Origin: Deltaproteobacteria bacterium
Lineage (GTDB): Bacteria > Myxococcota_A > Polyangia > Polyangiales > Ga0077539
Reading direction: 5' to 3'
Length of the DNA: 64,000 nucleotides
NCBI GenBank assembly: GCA_947477565.1
Contig: CANJUR010000006.1
Coordinates: 70,668-134,667, forward strand
The notes under the pieces are model-generated. The model was not told where the DNA came from and ran no database searches. It worked only from the letters and a program-made list of their open reading frames with translations. Positions 17,849 through 30,898 of the stretch are shown here, in pieces. The position numbers and the translations under genes are program-made. Within the stretch, counting starts at the first letter, position 1; every line of letters begins with the position of its first letter.

Positions 17849-18985
17849 ATGAATTCCAAGGGTATCGGGATCGGTCTGGGCGTGCTGGTGGTGTTGGGCG
17901 CGGCGACCGCGTACGTGTACCGCCCGCAGGCGCCGGACTCGGCCAGCGCGGCGGCAGCGAGTAACCCGTGGTCGCGGGTAGACGGAGCGCGAATCGACCA
18001 CGTTACGATTCATCGAGCCACTGGGCCCGAGGGACAGCGCACCCTCGAACTGGAGAAGCGCGGCGGCGCGTGGGTGATGACCTCACCGGGGCGCGGGCCC
18101 ACCGAGGCTCGCGCTGTGGAAGACCTCGTAGACCGCTTCGTCAGCATGAAGGTCACGATGATTCGCGGGCGCAACCCGAGCAGTCACGCGGCCTTCGAGG
18201 TCGACGACGGCCACGCCGTTCGAGTGACGCTGAAGAACGGCGCGAGCACCGTGGTGGACATGTTTGTCGGAACAGCGGTCGGGTCGGGCACCGCGGTGCG
18301 CATCCCGAGTCGGCCGGAGACCTTCGAGGTCGATCAGTCGATCACCTCGATGGTGCAGCGCGAGGCGCGCGATTGGCGCAATCGGGAGATCACCCACGCG
18401 AGCCGCGAGAGCGTGCAATCGGTGGAGTGGGTCAACCGCAACGGGACATTCCACTTCGTCCGTAATGGCGAAACCTGGACGGCGGCGCCGGGCACCACGG
18501 TCGAGCGCCTCGACACGGCTCGAGTGGGGTCGCTGGTGGACTCCATCGCCAACCTGCGCGCGACCGATTTCGCCGCCGAAGGTGCGGCGAGCGGCGTGGC
18601 GCCAGACAGTCCTCGGGTCACGCTGACGACCGGCGGCGGTGACGCAGCGGCGCAGACCATGACTGTGCGCCTGGGCAACAATAGCGGCGAAAACGAGTCG
18701 TTTGCATCCCGTGAGGGTCTCGACACCGTGTTCGTCGTGACTCGCGCGATGAGCGAGTCGATCAACCCCGCCGCGACGGCCTTCCAGACCCCGTTGCCGA
18801 TCGACGGCGGCGTCGGTGCGGCGGACGCGTCGGCGGCTCCCGCGGCCCCTCCGAGCGGCATGCCGATGGGAATGCCCGGTGGTCCTGGCGGTCCCGGCGG
18901 CGGGTCTCCGCAGATTCCGCCGGAGGTGATGGAGCAGCTTCGACGCCAGCTTCAGCAGCAGGGTGCCGGCGGCGCTCCTCACTGA
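17849..18985 (+). CDS. DUF4340-like membrane-anchored protein (usual partner of GldG-type genes), Pro/Gly-rich tail
   Basis: N-terminal TM GIGLGVLVVLGAA, beta-rich repeats, C-terminal PSGMPMGMPGGPGGPGGGSPQIPPE. Position directly after the gldG-like gene. Family call rests on context and memory. Confidence 0.55.
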   Translation: MNSKGIGIGLGVLVVLGAATAYVYRPQAPDSASAAAASNPWSRVDGARIDHVTIHRATGPEGQRTLELEKRGGAWVMTSPGRGPTEARAVEDLVDRFVSMKVTMIRGRNPSSHAAFEVDDGHAVRVTLKNGASTVVDMFVGTAVGSGTAVRIPSRPETFEVDQSITSMVQREARDWRNREITHASRESVQSVEWVNRNGTFHFVRNGETWTAAPGTTVERLDTARVGSLVDSIANLRATDFAAEGAASGVAPDSPRVTLTTGGGDAAAQTMTVRLGNNSGENESFASREGLDTVFVVTRAMSESINPAATAFQTPLPIDGGVGAADASAAPAAPPSGMPMGMPGGPGGPGGGSPQIPPEVMEQLRRQLQQQGAGGAPH

Positions 18986-19070
18986 GCTTTTCCCCTCCGG
19001 GCGGCCCTGATCTCTGGGACGCCTCTCCCGCCCCCCTCTTTTTGCTTTCCCCCCCGATCGAAAACCCTGC

Positions 19071-19778
19071 TCAGCCAGACGAGACCTTCAACGGGTTGAA
19101 GTCAGTGTCGGTGTCGAAGACATCTTCCCGCTCGGCGCGCTTCAGGTAGTTCACGACGACGTACGTGAGCGGGGTGAAGAACGTCTCCACCGCGACCTTG
19201 ATTAGGTAGTTGTGCCAGGCGACTTCGAAGACCATCGCGCTGTCCCACAATCCATAAAAAGCGAGCGGATAGAACACCGCGCTGTCGATCCCCTGTCCGA
19301 CCAGGGTTGAGCCGATGGTGCGCATCCAGAGGTGTCTACCGCCGGTCATCACCTTCAGCTTTGCCAACACGAAACTGTTGAAGAACTCCCCGATCACATA
19401 GGCCACGAGGCTCGCCGCGACAACGCGCGGAAGCTGCCCCAGGATGGTGTGAAACGCAGCCTGATGCGGCCATTCCGGGGCCGGCGGCATCACGTCCGCC
19501 ACCACGAAGACGATGGAGGTGAGCACCCCGCAGGCGAAGCCGATCCATATGACGCGGCGGCTGCGGGCGTAGCCGTACACCTCGGTCAGGACGTCGCCGA
19601 AGATGTACGAAATCGGGAAGACGAAGATGCCGCAGCCCAACTTGTACGGGCCGATCTGCGCCACCTTCGCAGCGACAAGGTTGCTGGTGATCAGTGCCGT
19701 CACGAAGACCCCGACGATGAGGTCGAAGTACCGAAAACGAGGGGCGACCGGGCGAGTCGGACTGTCAGCGATCATCAT
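19071..19778 (-). CDS. yhhQ: Queuosine-precursor transporter (YhhQ/DUF165, VUT family)
   Basis: FRYFDLIVGVFVTALITSNLVAAK...FVFPISYIFGDVLTEVYGYARSRRVIW, with multiple TM helices. ATG-ATG at 19778/19775. The 445-aa track ORF upstream of this is low-complexity A/S/T/R sequence. Confidence 0.85.
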   Translation of the reverse strand: MMIADSPTRPVAPRFRYFDLIVGVFVTALITSNLVAAKVAQIGPYKLGCGIFVFPISYIFGDVLTEVYGYARSRRVIWIGFACGVLTSIVFVVADVMPPAPEWPHQAAFHTILGQLPRVVAASLVAYVIGEFFNSFVLAKLKVMTGGRHLWMRTIGSTLVGQGIDSAVFYPLAFYGLWDSAMVFEVAWHNYLIKVAVETFFTPLTYVVVNYLKRAEREDVFDTDTDFNPLKVSSG

Positions 19779-19860
19779 GTGATTTCTACCTTGAGAGATG
19801 CTGCCCATGCCATCGAGGGTGCGGCCTGATCGTGCGCGTGGTAGCGCCCGGAGAAGCGCG

Positions 19861-20466
19861 ATGACCTGTGGAATGTTGCTCGATCTGGAATGGGAGGCGC
19901 TCGGACGCCCGGTGCGTACGCGGGAGGTCGAGGCCGCCGTGCACGTCGAGGACGAGGTGCTCATCGCCGTACGGATGCTGCCAGTGCTCGCAGGGGAGTC
20001 GATGGGCACAGTGCTCCGGGAGGTGCTCGCGGCACAGGGGTGGGCCGCCCAGGCCGATGGGACGATGACGCGGTCGTTCGGGGCCGTGTCGGCGATCCTG
20101 GATGCCGGGGCGACGACGGTGACGGTGCGCCATGCAGGGGAGGTGACGGTCAGGGCGACGGGATCAGACCTGGTCGTGGAGGGTGACGCGGAGGACGAGG
20201 CGCGCGCGGAGGTGGTCGCTGCGCAGAGGGCCGAGGCGGCGCTGACGCGGAGGCGCGAGCAGGCGGCGGTGGCGCTGGCGGCCGCGAACGCTGCGGTGCT
20301 GACCCGGGAGGAGCCGACGGTGCGCGCGGCGCTGCAGGAGGCGCTCAACCGGGTGTACCGAAGGGCGCTGGAAGAGCGGGCGCGGCAGCTGGGCGAGGTG
20401 GAGAGCATCGACGAGCGAGGGGACGTGCGCGGCGGCTACGAGGTTACGGTGGTGGTGAAAGCATGA
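19861..20466 (+). CDS. Hypothetical protein (~201 aa), beta-rich N-half and Ala/Arg/Glu-rich helical C-half
   Basis: Coding-like composition. ATG at 19861. 4-nt ATGA overlap with the next ORF. No motif recognised. Confidence 0.5.
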   Translation: MTCGMLLDLEWEALGRPVRTREVEAAVHVEDEVLIAVRMLPVLAGESMGTVLREVLAAQGWAAQADGTMTRSFGAVSAILDAGATTVTVRHAGEVTVRATGSDLVVEGDAEDEARAEVVAAQRAEAALTRRREQAAVALAAANAAVLTREEPTVRAALQEALNRVYRRALEERARQLGEVESIDERGDVRGGYEVTVVVKA

Positions 20467-20792
20467 AGGAGGGACGGCAGAACCAGCGGCGGGTGACGCT
20501 CCGCTACCGACAGGATGCAGTGACGGGGAAGGTGTCGCTGATCATCGACGTGGAGGTTCCGGAGGACGAGATGCCCCACGAGCATCGGCATGACCTGCGT
20601 GAAATGGCCGAAGAACTCCTGGGGATGCCGCTCGGTTCGCTCCCCGAGGGGACGGCGGTGAACCTCAAGCCGCAGGGCGCGAAACCGATTGTTGCGACGC
20701 CGCTCGACGACCACGACCACGACCACGCGGACGGGCGTGGGCACGAACACCCTCCCGGGGCAGAGCGCACGACGGCGAAGCAGGTCTCTTGA
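20463..20792 (+). CDS. Hypothetical small protein with His/Asp-rich C-terminal tail
   Basis: 109 aa, translationally coupled to the upstream ORF. Contains MPHEHRHDLREMAEELL and a DDHDHDHADGRGHEH tail. Confidence 0.5.
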   Translation: MKEGRQNQRRVTLRYRQDAVTGKVSLIIDVEVPEDEMPHEHRHDLREMAEELLGMPLGSLPEGTAVNLKPQGAKPIVATPLDDHDHDHADGRGHEHPPGAERTTAKQVS

Positions 20793-20827
20793 CCAGACCC
20801 GCGGGCGCTGATGACAGTGCCGCCGTC

Positions 20828-22144
20828 ATGGGCGAACTACTCGACGCGATCGGTATTCTGAGAGAGACCAAGAACAAGTGGGAGCGGCGCGTTCCGCTCG
20901 TCCCGGCGGAGGTGCGGGGGCTCATCGCAGCCGGCATCGCAGTGCGCATCGAGCGCTCCGCCACGCGGGCCATCGTGGATGCGGAGTTTGCCGCCGCGGG
21001 CGCGACGCTGGTCGATGACGCGACGGACTGCCGCTTCATCATCGGCGTGAAGGAGGTGAAGACCTCGCAGGTTCGGCCCGGGCAGACCGTGATGTGCTTC
21101 TCCCACACCATCAAGGGGCAGGCGCACAACATGCCGCTGCTTGCCCATTTCATGAAGGAGCGCGCCACGCTCATCGACTACGAGGTGATCGTGGATGACG
21201 CGGGCGTGCGGCAGGTGGCCTTCGGTCGCTACGCCGGCCTCGCCGGGGCGCACGAGACGCTCTGGACCCTCGCGCACCGGCTCGCTGCGCTCGGGCAGCC
21301 CTCTGTGCTCACGGGCATCAAGCACGCGGTCGAGTATCACGACCTCGCGGAGATGGTCGGGCACACCCGACAGCTTCTTACCGATCTACGTAAAGAAGGC
21401 CCCGCCGCGCTCACGCCGTTTGTGGTGGCGGTGACGGGCGAAGGGCGCGTGTCGCACGGGGCGCTGGAGTACTTCGACCTCGTGGGCGCGATTCCGTGCA
21501 CCGTGAGCGAGGCCATCGCGTTGCCGACGGACTCCCCCGACGACCGCACTCTGCGGGTGCTCCACGTCAAGGACGCCGAACTCTTCGTGACCGCCGGCAC
21601 CCGACGCTTCGATTTCGGCGCGTACCTCGCGCACCCCGAGCGCTACCTCAACGTCGGGGCGATGTACCTGCCGTACTGCCGCACGCTGGTGAACGGGCTC
21701 TACTGGGACGCGCGTTTTCCGCGCCTGCTCGACGACTCGACGCTGCGCCGGATGCTTCGCGACCACACGCTCCCGGTGGTGCTCGGCGACGTCGCCTGCG
21801 ACATCGACGGCGGCATCGAGTGGACCGTGATGGCCACGCAAAACGACGAGCCTGCGTTCGTGTACGACCCGGCTACCGGACGAGCGACGGTGGGAGTGAG
21901 CGGGGAGGGCGCTGCGATCATGGCGGTGGACAACCTGCCCTGTGCCCTGCCACGGGATGCGAGCTTCGATTTCAGCCGCGCGCTGATTCCGTTTGTGAGG
22001 GAGTTTTACGAAGCCACGTATGAAAACGGCGTTGCCGGGCTGGCCCCGGCGCTTCAGAACGCCGTCGTGGTGGCGGCGGGCAAGCTCACCCCGCGGCACC
22101 AGGGGCTCGCCCGATTTCTCCCCGACGGTGGCTCAAGTGTCTGA
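20828..22144 (+). CDS. Lysine-ketoglutarate reductase-like enzyme (saccharopine dehydrogenase, L-lysine-forming; LKR domain only)
   Basis: LRETKNKWERRVPLVPAEV, FSHTIKGQAHNMPLL, LIDYEVIVDDAGVRQVAFGRYAG, LVNGLYWDARFPRLL, DVACDIDGGIEW, MAVDNLPCALP. These align along the whole length with the LKR half of eukaryotic AASS as I remember it. Confidence 0.8.
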   Translation: MGELLDAIGILRETKNKWERRVPLVPAEVRGLIAAGIAVRIERSATRAIVDAEFAAAGATLVDDATDCRFIIGVKEVKTSQVRPGQTVMCFSHTIKGQAHNMPLLAHFMKERATLIDYEVIVDDAGVRQVAFGRYAGLAGAHETLWTLAHRLAALGQPSVLTGIKHAVEYHDLAEMVGHTRQLLTDLRKEGPAALTPFVVAVTGEGRVSHGALEYFDLVGAIPCTVSEAIALPTDSPDDRTLRVLHVKDAELFVTAGTRRFDFGAYLAHPERYLNVGAMYLPYCRTLVNGLYWDARFPRLLDDSTLRRMLRDHTLPVVLGDVACDIDGGIEWTVMATQNDEPAFVYDPATGRATVGVSGEGAAIMAVDNLPCALPRDASFDFSRALIPFVREFYEATYENGVAGLAPALQNAVVVAAGKLTPRHQGLARFLPDGGSSV

Positions 22145-22272
22145 TGCTCTCGCTGATATCAGCAGTGTTTCCTTCCTCACGCAGATGGCCCGTGTGGCGG
22201 CCAAACGAACGGGAACGTTTACCGTGACACTTCGTTCGACCTGGACCGGTCCTCAGTCCGCTCGGTGACCCG

Positions 22273-24684
22273 GTGAAAAAAGAGACCGACGCCCCGGAGA
22301 GAACCCTGGAAGAAGAGACGTCAGCGCGAATGCTCGCCGAGGGCCTGCTCGCCGACGCCCAGCGGGAAATTGCTGAACTGAGGGCTGGCGCAGACCGGGC
22401 GCGCTCGACGCAATTCTCCCTCGAGCGGGCGCTGTCGGACACGCTCACCGCGGTGAATGCGGGCTACTGGGAGGTCGACCTTCGCACCGGGGAAGTGCAG
22501 TGGTCCGATGGGGCGTACCGGCTGATGGGGTACGTGCCGGGCGAGGTCACGCCGTCGAACGACCTTTGGCGCGAACGTACGCACCCCGACGACTACGCCC
22601 GGATGATGGACCCAAACAACGTCTTGCCCGAGAACGTGACGGACGAGCACCGCCTGCTCATGCCGGACGGGACGACGCGTTGGGTTCGGTCGTTTATGAA
22701 CACCGTATTCGGCGAGGACCGCGCGCCCAGCAGACTCCGGGGAATTCTTACGGATATCACCGCTGAGCGGGCCGCTTCGAGGCAGCTTGCGCGCATGGCG
22801 GACGTCGCGAGCCGCACCGGCAACGGGGTCGTGATCACCGATCTCCAGGGGCGCATCGAGTGGGTCAACGATGCCTTCCTCGGGAAGTACGGATGGACCC
22901 TGGACGAGGTGCGCGGGCGAGTCCCGAGCGATTTTCTTCTCGGGGAGCAGAGCGATGCGGAAACCCTGGCGCGCTTCGGCGCGGCCCGTGCCGCGCTCCA
23001 GCAATCGACCCAGGAAGTGCTCACGTATGCGCGGGACGGGAGGCAGTTCTGGACGCTGGTGGAGAACCGCGTCGCCTACGACGAGGCAGGCCTCCCGCAG
23101 GGGTTCATCGCCATCGAGACGGATGTCACCGAGCGGCGCATTGCCGAGAGCCGCGAGCACGTTGCGCAGCGCGTGGCGGCCGTCCTGCTGGCGAGTGGAT
23201 CGCTCGAAGAGGCGAGCACCGGGCTTCTGTCCGAACTCGTCACGCAGCGAGACATTCTCGTCGCACAGCTCTGGATCGTCGATCCAGCCCGAGCGACGCT
23301 CGTGCATGTCGCCGGGGCGTCTGCCGATCACTGCGGGCGCGCTGGGCGGGACTTCATCGCGGTGTCTGCTTCGCTGGAGTTTCAGATGGGGGAGGAGCGC
23401 GCGGTCGGTGTGGGGCTGCCGGGCCTCGCGTGGGGCATGCGACGCGCGTGTCGGGTCGACGACTTCTCCCAACCTGGGAGCGACCAGAAGGCCCCGCGAC
23501 GCAGCGCCTGGGCGGCGGCGGCCGGGTTTCATTCGTTCTGCGCGACTCCGATCCTGGGGCCGACGGGGGTGCTCGGGGTGATCGAGATCGGCGGCACCCG
23601 CTTGTATCCAGGGTACGAACTTCTGCCGGCGCTGCTCGAACGGGTGGCCGAGCAGATCGCGGCGTTCATGCGCCACGACGCGAGCCGCCGGGCATTTCAG
23701 TTGGTCTTCGAGCAGAGCCCGGATGCGCTACTTCTGGTGAATGCCGACGGACAGGTGCAGGACCTCAACGCCCGGGCGACGGAACTCTTCGAGGACCCTC
23801 GGGGCGTGGGCCTCGAGTCCATCATCGAGGGTGCCGGCGAACTCCTGCGCGTTCAGCTTGAGCAGGTGACCGCTTCGAGTCGGGCGCTTTACAACTGCTC
23901 GGCCACCGGCAAGCACGGTCCTTTCTCCGCGGAGGTGAGCCTCGCAATGACTCCCTCTTCAACCACGCAAGCTGCGATTCTCTCCGTGCGTGACCTGACC
24001 GAGCGGCATCGGCTCGAGGCCGAGTTGATGGGCTCACTCCGCGAGAAAGAGACGCTGCTCAGCGAGGTGCACCACCGGGTGAAAAACAATCTGCAGATCG
24101 TCTCGAGCCTGCTCACGATCCAGGCTCAATCGATCGAGGATGTCACCGCCCGTGGGGCGCTCGAGGAGATGGTCAACCGCGTGCGCTCGATGTCGTTTGT
24201 CCACGAACAGCTCTACGGCACCGAGAAAATGTCGTGCATCGACCTCGGTGACTACGCCCGCACGCTCGGGACCTATCTCCGTGGCTCCGTGGCCCACGAT
24301 GCGAGAATCTCCTTTGCGGTGGATCGGGTCGACCTCGCCATCGATACCGCGGTGCCCTGCGGGCTCATCATCAACGAGCTTGTGACCAACTCGCTCAAGC
24401 ACGGGCACTCCGCCGATGGGGTCTGCGTCATCGCAGTCGAGGTACGCGCTCACGATGGCGGCTTTACGCTCATGGTATCGGACCGCGGGCGAGGCTTTCC
24501 CGCGACGCCGCCGTCGGCTTCTTCGCTTGGTGTACGGCTCGTTCGTTCGCTCGTTCGGCAGATTCGTGGACAGCTCACGATGACCTCCGATGAGGGTGCG
24601 CGTGTCTCGATCTGGGTGCCCCTCGAGGGCACCTCGCATTCGTCGAGCCCGCCGCGCCGACCGCCCGCTCCTGCGACGGATTGA
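22273..24684 (+). CDS. Cytoplasmic multi-PAS/GAF sensor histidine kinase (HisKA_2 type)
   Basis: PAS/PAC segments (GYWEVDL...WSDG; VVITDLQGRIEWVN), GAF (GVGLPGLAWG...GVLGVIEIGG), H-box EKETLLSEVHHRVKNNLQIVSSLL, ATPase box INELVTNSLKHG. GTG start. Confidence 0.85.
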   Translation: MKKETDAPERTLEEETSARMLAEGLLADAQREIAELRAGADRARSTQFSLERALSDTLTAVNAGYWEVDLRTGEVQWSDGAYRLMGYVPGEVTPSNDLWRERTHPDDYARMMDPNNVLPENVTDEHRLLMPDGTTRWVRSFMNTVFGEDRAPSRLRGILTDITAERAASRQLARMADVASRTGNGVVITDLQGRIEWVNDAFLGKYGWTLDEVRGRVPSDFLLGEQSDAETLARFGAARAALQQSTQEVLTYARDGRQFWTLVENRVAYDEAGLPQGFIAIETDVTERRIAESREHVAQRVAAVLLASGSLEEASTGLLSELVTQRDILVAQLWIVDPARATLVHVAGASADHCGRAGRDFIAVSASLEFQMGEERAVGVGLPGLAWGMRRACRVDDFSQPGSDQKAPRRSAWAAAAGFHSFCATPILGPTGVLGVIEIGGTRLYPGYELLPALLERVAEQIAAFMRHDASRRAFQLVFEQSPDALLLVNADGQVQDLNARATELFEDPRGVGLESIIEGAGELLRVQLEQVTASSRALYNCSATGKHGPFSAEVSLAMTPSSTTQAAILSVRDLTERHRLEAELMGSLREKETLLSEVHHRVKNNLQIVSSLLTIQAQSIEDVTARGALEEMVNRVRSMSFVHEQLYGTEKMSCIDLGDYARTLGTYLRGSVAHDARISFAVDRVDLAIDTAVPCGLIINELVTNSLKHGHSADGVCVIAVEVRAHDGGFTLMVSDRGRGFPATPPSASSLGVRLVRSLVRQIRGQLTMTSDEGARVSIWVPLEGTSHSSSPPRRPPAPATD

Positions 24685-24768
24685 GGGCCGGTCCGCGCGT
24701 CCTCCGTGCGCCGCAGCGCGACGGTCCGTTGACGAGCCCTGTAGGTGGACGCTAGACACCGGGCCGCC

Positions 24769-27489
<2,721 letters not shown>

Positions 27490-27497
27490 TTCGCCTT

Positions 27498-27521
27498 CCC
27501 TCGCGGGCTGATTCGCGAGGG
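27498..27521 (+). terminator. Candidate intrinsic terminator hairpin after acnA (convergent gene junction)
   Basis: CCCTCGCG-ggctgatt-CGCGAGGG, a perfect 8-bp stem starting 9 nt after the acnA stop. Followed by GATTGGTTCGTTT, a weak T tract. Confidence 0.35.
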
Positions 27522-27573
27522 GATTGGTTCGTTTCAGACGTGATCCCTGCCGCTGCGGCGGTGGGGATCGGCG

Positions 27574-29016
27574 TCAGGTCGGTACGGGTATCGGCGGCAT
27601 CGACTCACTGAAATGTCGATGATCCACCGGCGCGACCTTCTCGTAGTCCGCGACCAGTGCGTGGCCGTTCCAGCGGTGCAGACCGCCGGAGAGGCGGCCG
27701 TTTTCCGCGCGCAGCCAGATCACGGGCTTGCCCCGCGGATCTACTGGAATGCTGCACTCCAGGTCGCGGTATGCGGCCGACCACGTCCCCGAATTACCGA
27801 AGAAGATCCCGTCGTTCCAGCGGCCGTAGGGGACGTGCGTATGTCCGAAGATCACCGCCTTCAGGCGGTAGATTTTCTGGATGGTCTCTGCGCGCGTCGC
27901 GATGAGTCGGTAGTTGTCGTCGAGGGTGATCTTCGGCGTGGCTAGTTCGTAGGCCGCGAAGAGGAGTGGGAGTCCGATGGCGATGCCGACGGCGGTGCGG
28001 TTGCGAAACAGCGCGGGCGTGAGAATCGCCAATGCGGACAGTCCGCCGAGGGTCATGCGATCGACCCAGAACTCACGCAGCACACGGTGAAACGACTCCT
28101 CTGCGGGGGCCGCGAAGAGGGCGTGGTGTTGGGCGATCTCATCGACGTCGGCGCCGGTCTCGTGCGAGGCGGCCTGAACGTCCTGGTCGGCGCGATCGGG
28201 CGATCCTTTGTCGCGGCCGAGGGCAACGCGTGTCGCGATGGTGAAGGCGCCCTTCAGCCAGGTCACCGCCAGCGAGTGGTCGGTGAACAGATAGTGCTTG
28301 AACCAGTGCTTCAGGTACTCGTCGAGGTCCATGAGGAAGGACGTGTCCACGTGCGGGTTTATAAACCCCAGGCGCGCACCCAGCAGGCGAAAGGCCATCG
28401 AGCCGACGGTGGCGTGAATCTCCCGGTCGCGCCCGCGTTCTGGCGGGAGAAACGGGGCCATCGGGTACCGAAACGAGCAGTACGTGTCGTACTGGTTGCC
28501 GTGCTCGACGTGGATGCCGTCGGGGCCCTGCCAGAACCACGCGCGAAACAGCACCTGGTCGCCGAAGCGCACGTGACCCGCGGCGGCGGCGATGCGCTCT
28601 CGCAGGCGGATGCGCACACCGGGAAAGCCCAACTGGGGATCGTGGTTGCCGGAGACGAAGATCACCCGGTGCCCCGAGCGCAGCAGGCGGGCGAGGGCGG
28701 CGACGTATCCCTCATGGTCGGCGAGGATGCGATCTAGCAACTCGATGGCGATCGGCTCGGTGCGCGGGAGGTCCTCGAACTGGGCCTTGCCGTCGATCAC
28801 GCGGCCGGCGTCGAAGTCGAAGAGGTCTCCGTTGAAGACGAGGTCGAGACGATCGTCGGCGTCGAGGGCGTCGCTGAGCAGGTGATCGACAACGGCTGCG
28901 AACTCAGTGTCGGGAAAATAGGGATTTTGTCGCCAGCGCATCCAGAGATCGTCGCCGGGGACGCCCTCGCACAGATGCACGTCAGAGATGACCAGAGTGT
29001 GACGCAACGTTTCCAA
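27574..29016 (-). CDS. Calcineurin-like metallophosphoesterase with internal membrane-spanning insert
   Basis: LVISDVHL (DxH), FNGDLFD (GD), VSGNHD (GNHD), HVEHGNQYD, IFGHTHVP (GHxH). Two hydrophobic helices (LGGLSALAILTPALF, VGIAIGLPLLFAAY) lie between GNHD and GHTH. Start uncertain: TTG 29016 or 29007, or GTG 29100. Confidence 0.75.
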   Translation of the reverse strand: METLRHTLVISDVHLCEGVPGDDLWMRWRQNPYFPDTEFAAVVDHLLSDALDADDRLDLVFNGDLFDFDAGRVIDGKAQFEDLPRTEPIAIELLDRILADHEGYVAALARLLRSGHRVIFVSGNHDPQLGFPGVRIRLRERIAAAAGHVRFGDQVLFRAWFWQGPDGIHVEHGNQYDTYCSFRYPMAPFLPPERGRDREIHATVGSMAFRLLGARLGFINPHVDTSFLMDLDEYLKHWFKHYLFTDHSLAVTWLKGAFTIATRVALGRDKGSPDRADQDVQAASHETGADVDEIAQHHALFAAPAEESFHRVLREFWVDRMTLGGLSALAILTPALFRNRTAVGIAIGLPLLFAAYELATPKITLDDNYRLIATRAETIQKIYRLKAVIFGHTHVPYGRWNDGIFFGNSGTWSAAYRDLECSIPVDPRGKPVIWLRAENGRLSGGLHRWNGHALVADYEKVAPVDHRHFSESMPPIPVPT

Positions 29017-29221
29017 GTTCTCCTTCGGGATTATGACCGGGAGAGTGACCCATTTCCTGCCCCGGTGGGCGATCGGAGATGAGCTGCGCAGGGACTTCAC
29101 TCGCGGTGCGCGTGGAGGTTGTTGTGGCTCGACGACCGTATGGGGACTCGTGCTAGGAAAACGGGTCCACCGGGGCGGACGCGAAACCACGTCTGCCGCA
29201 CCGGACCAGCGAAGGCGAGCG

Positions 29222-30895
<1,674 letters not shown>

Positions 30896-30898
30896 TCG

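Noticed and set aside
19779-19860. preQ1 riboswitch upstream of yhhQ
   Set aside because: YhhQ genes are often preQ1-regulated. The 82-nt leader shows no small hairpin followed by an A-rich tail (no ...CCC..UAAAAAACUA-like element). An Infernal scan would be the definitive test.
19779-20408. N-terminal 210 aa of the 445-aa minus-strand ORF 19071..20408
   Set aside because: It is Ala/Ser/Thr/Arg low-complexity sequence, antisense to a better plus-strand ORF. The YhhQ homology begins at the ATG-ATG at 19778.
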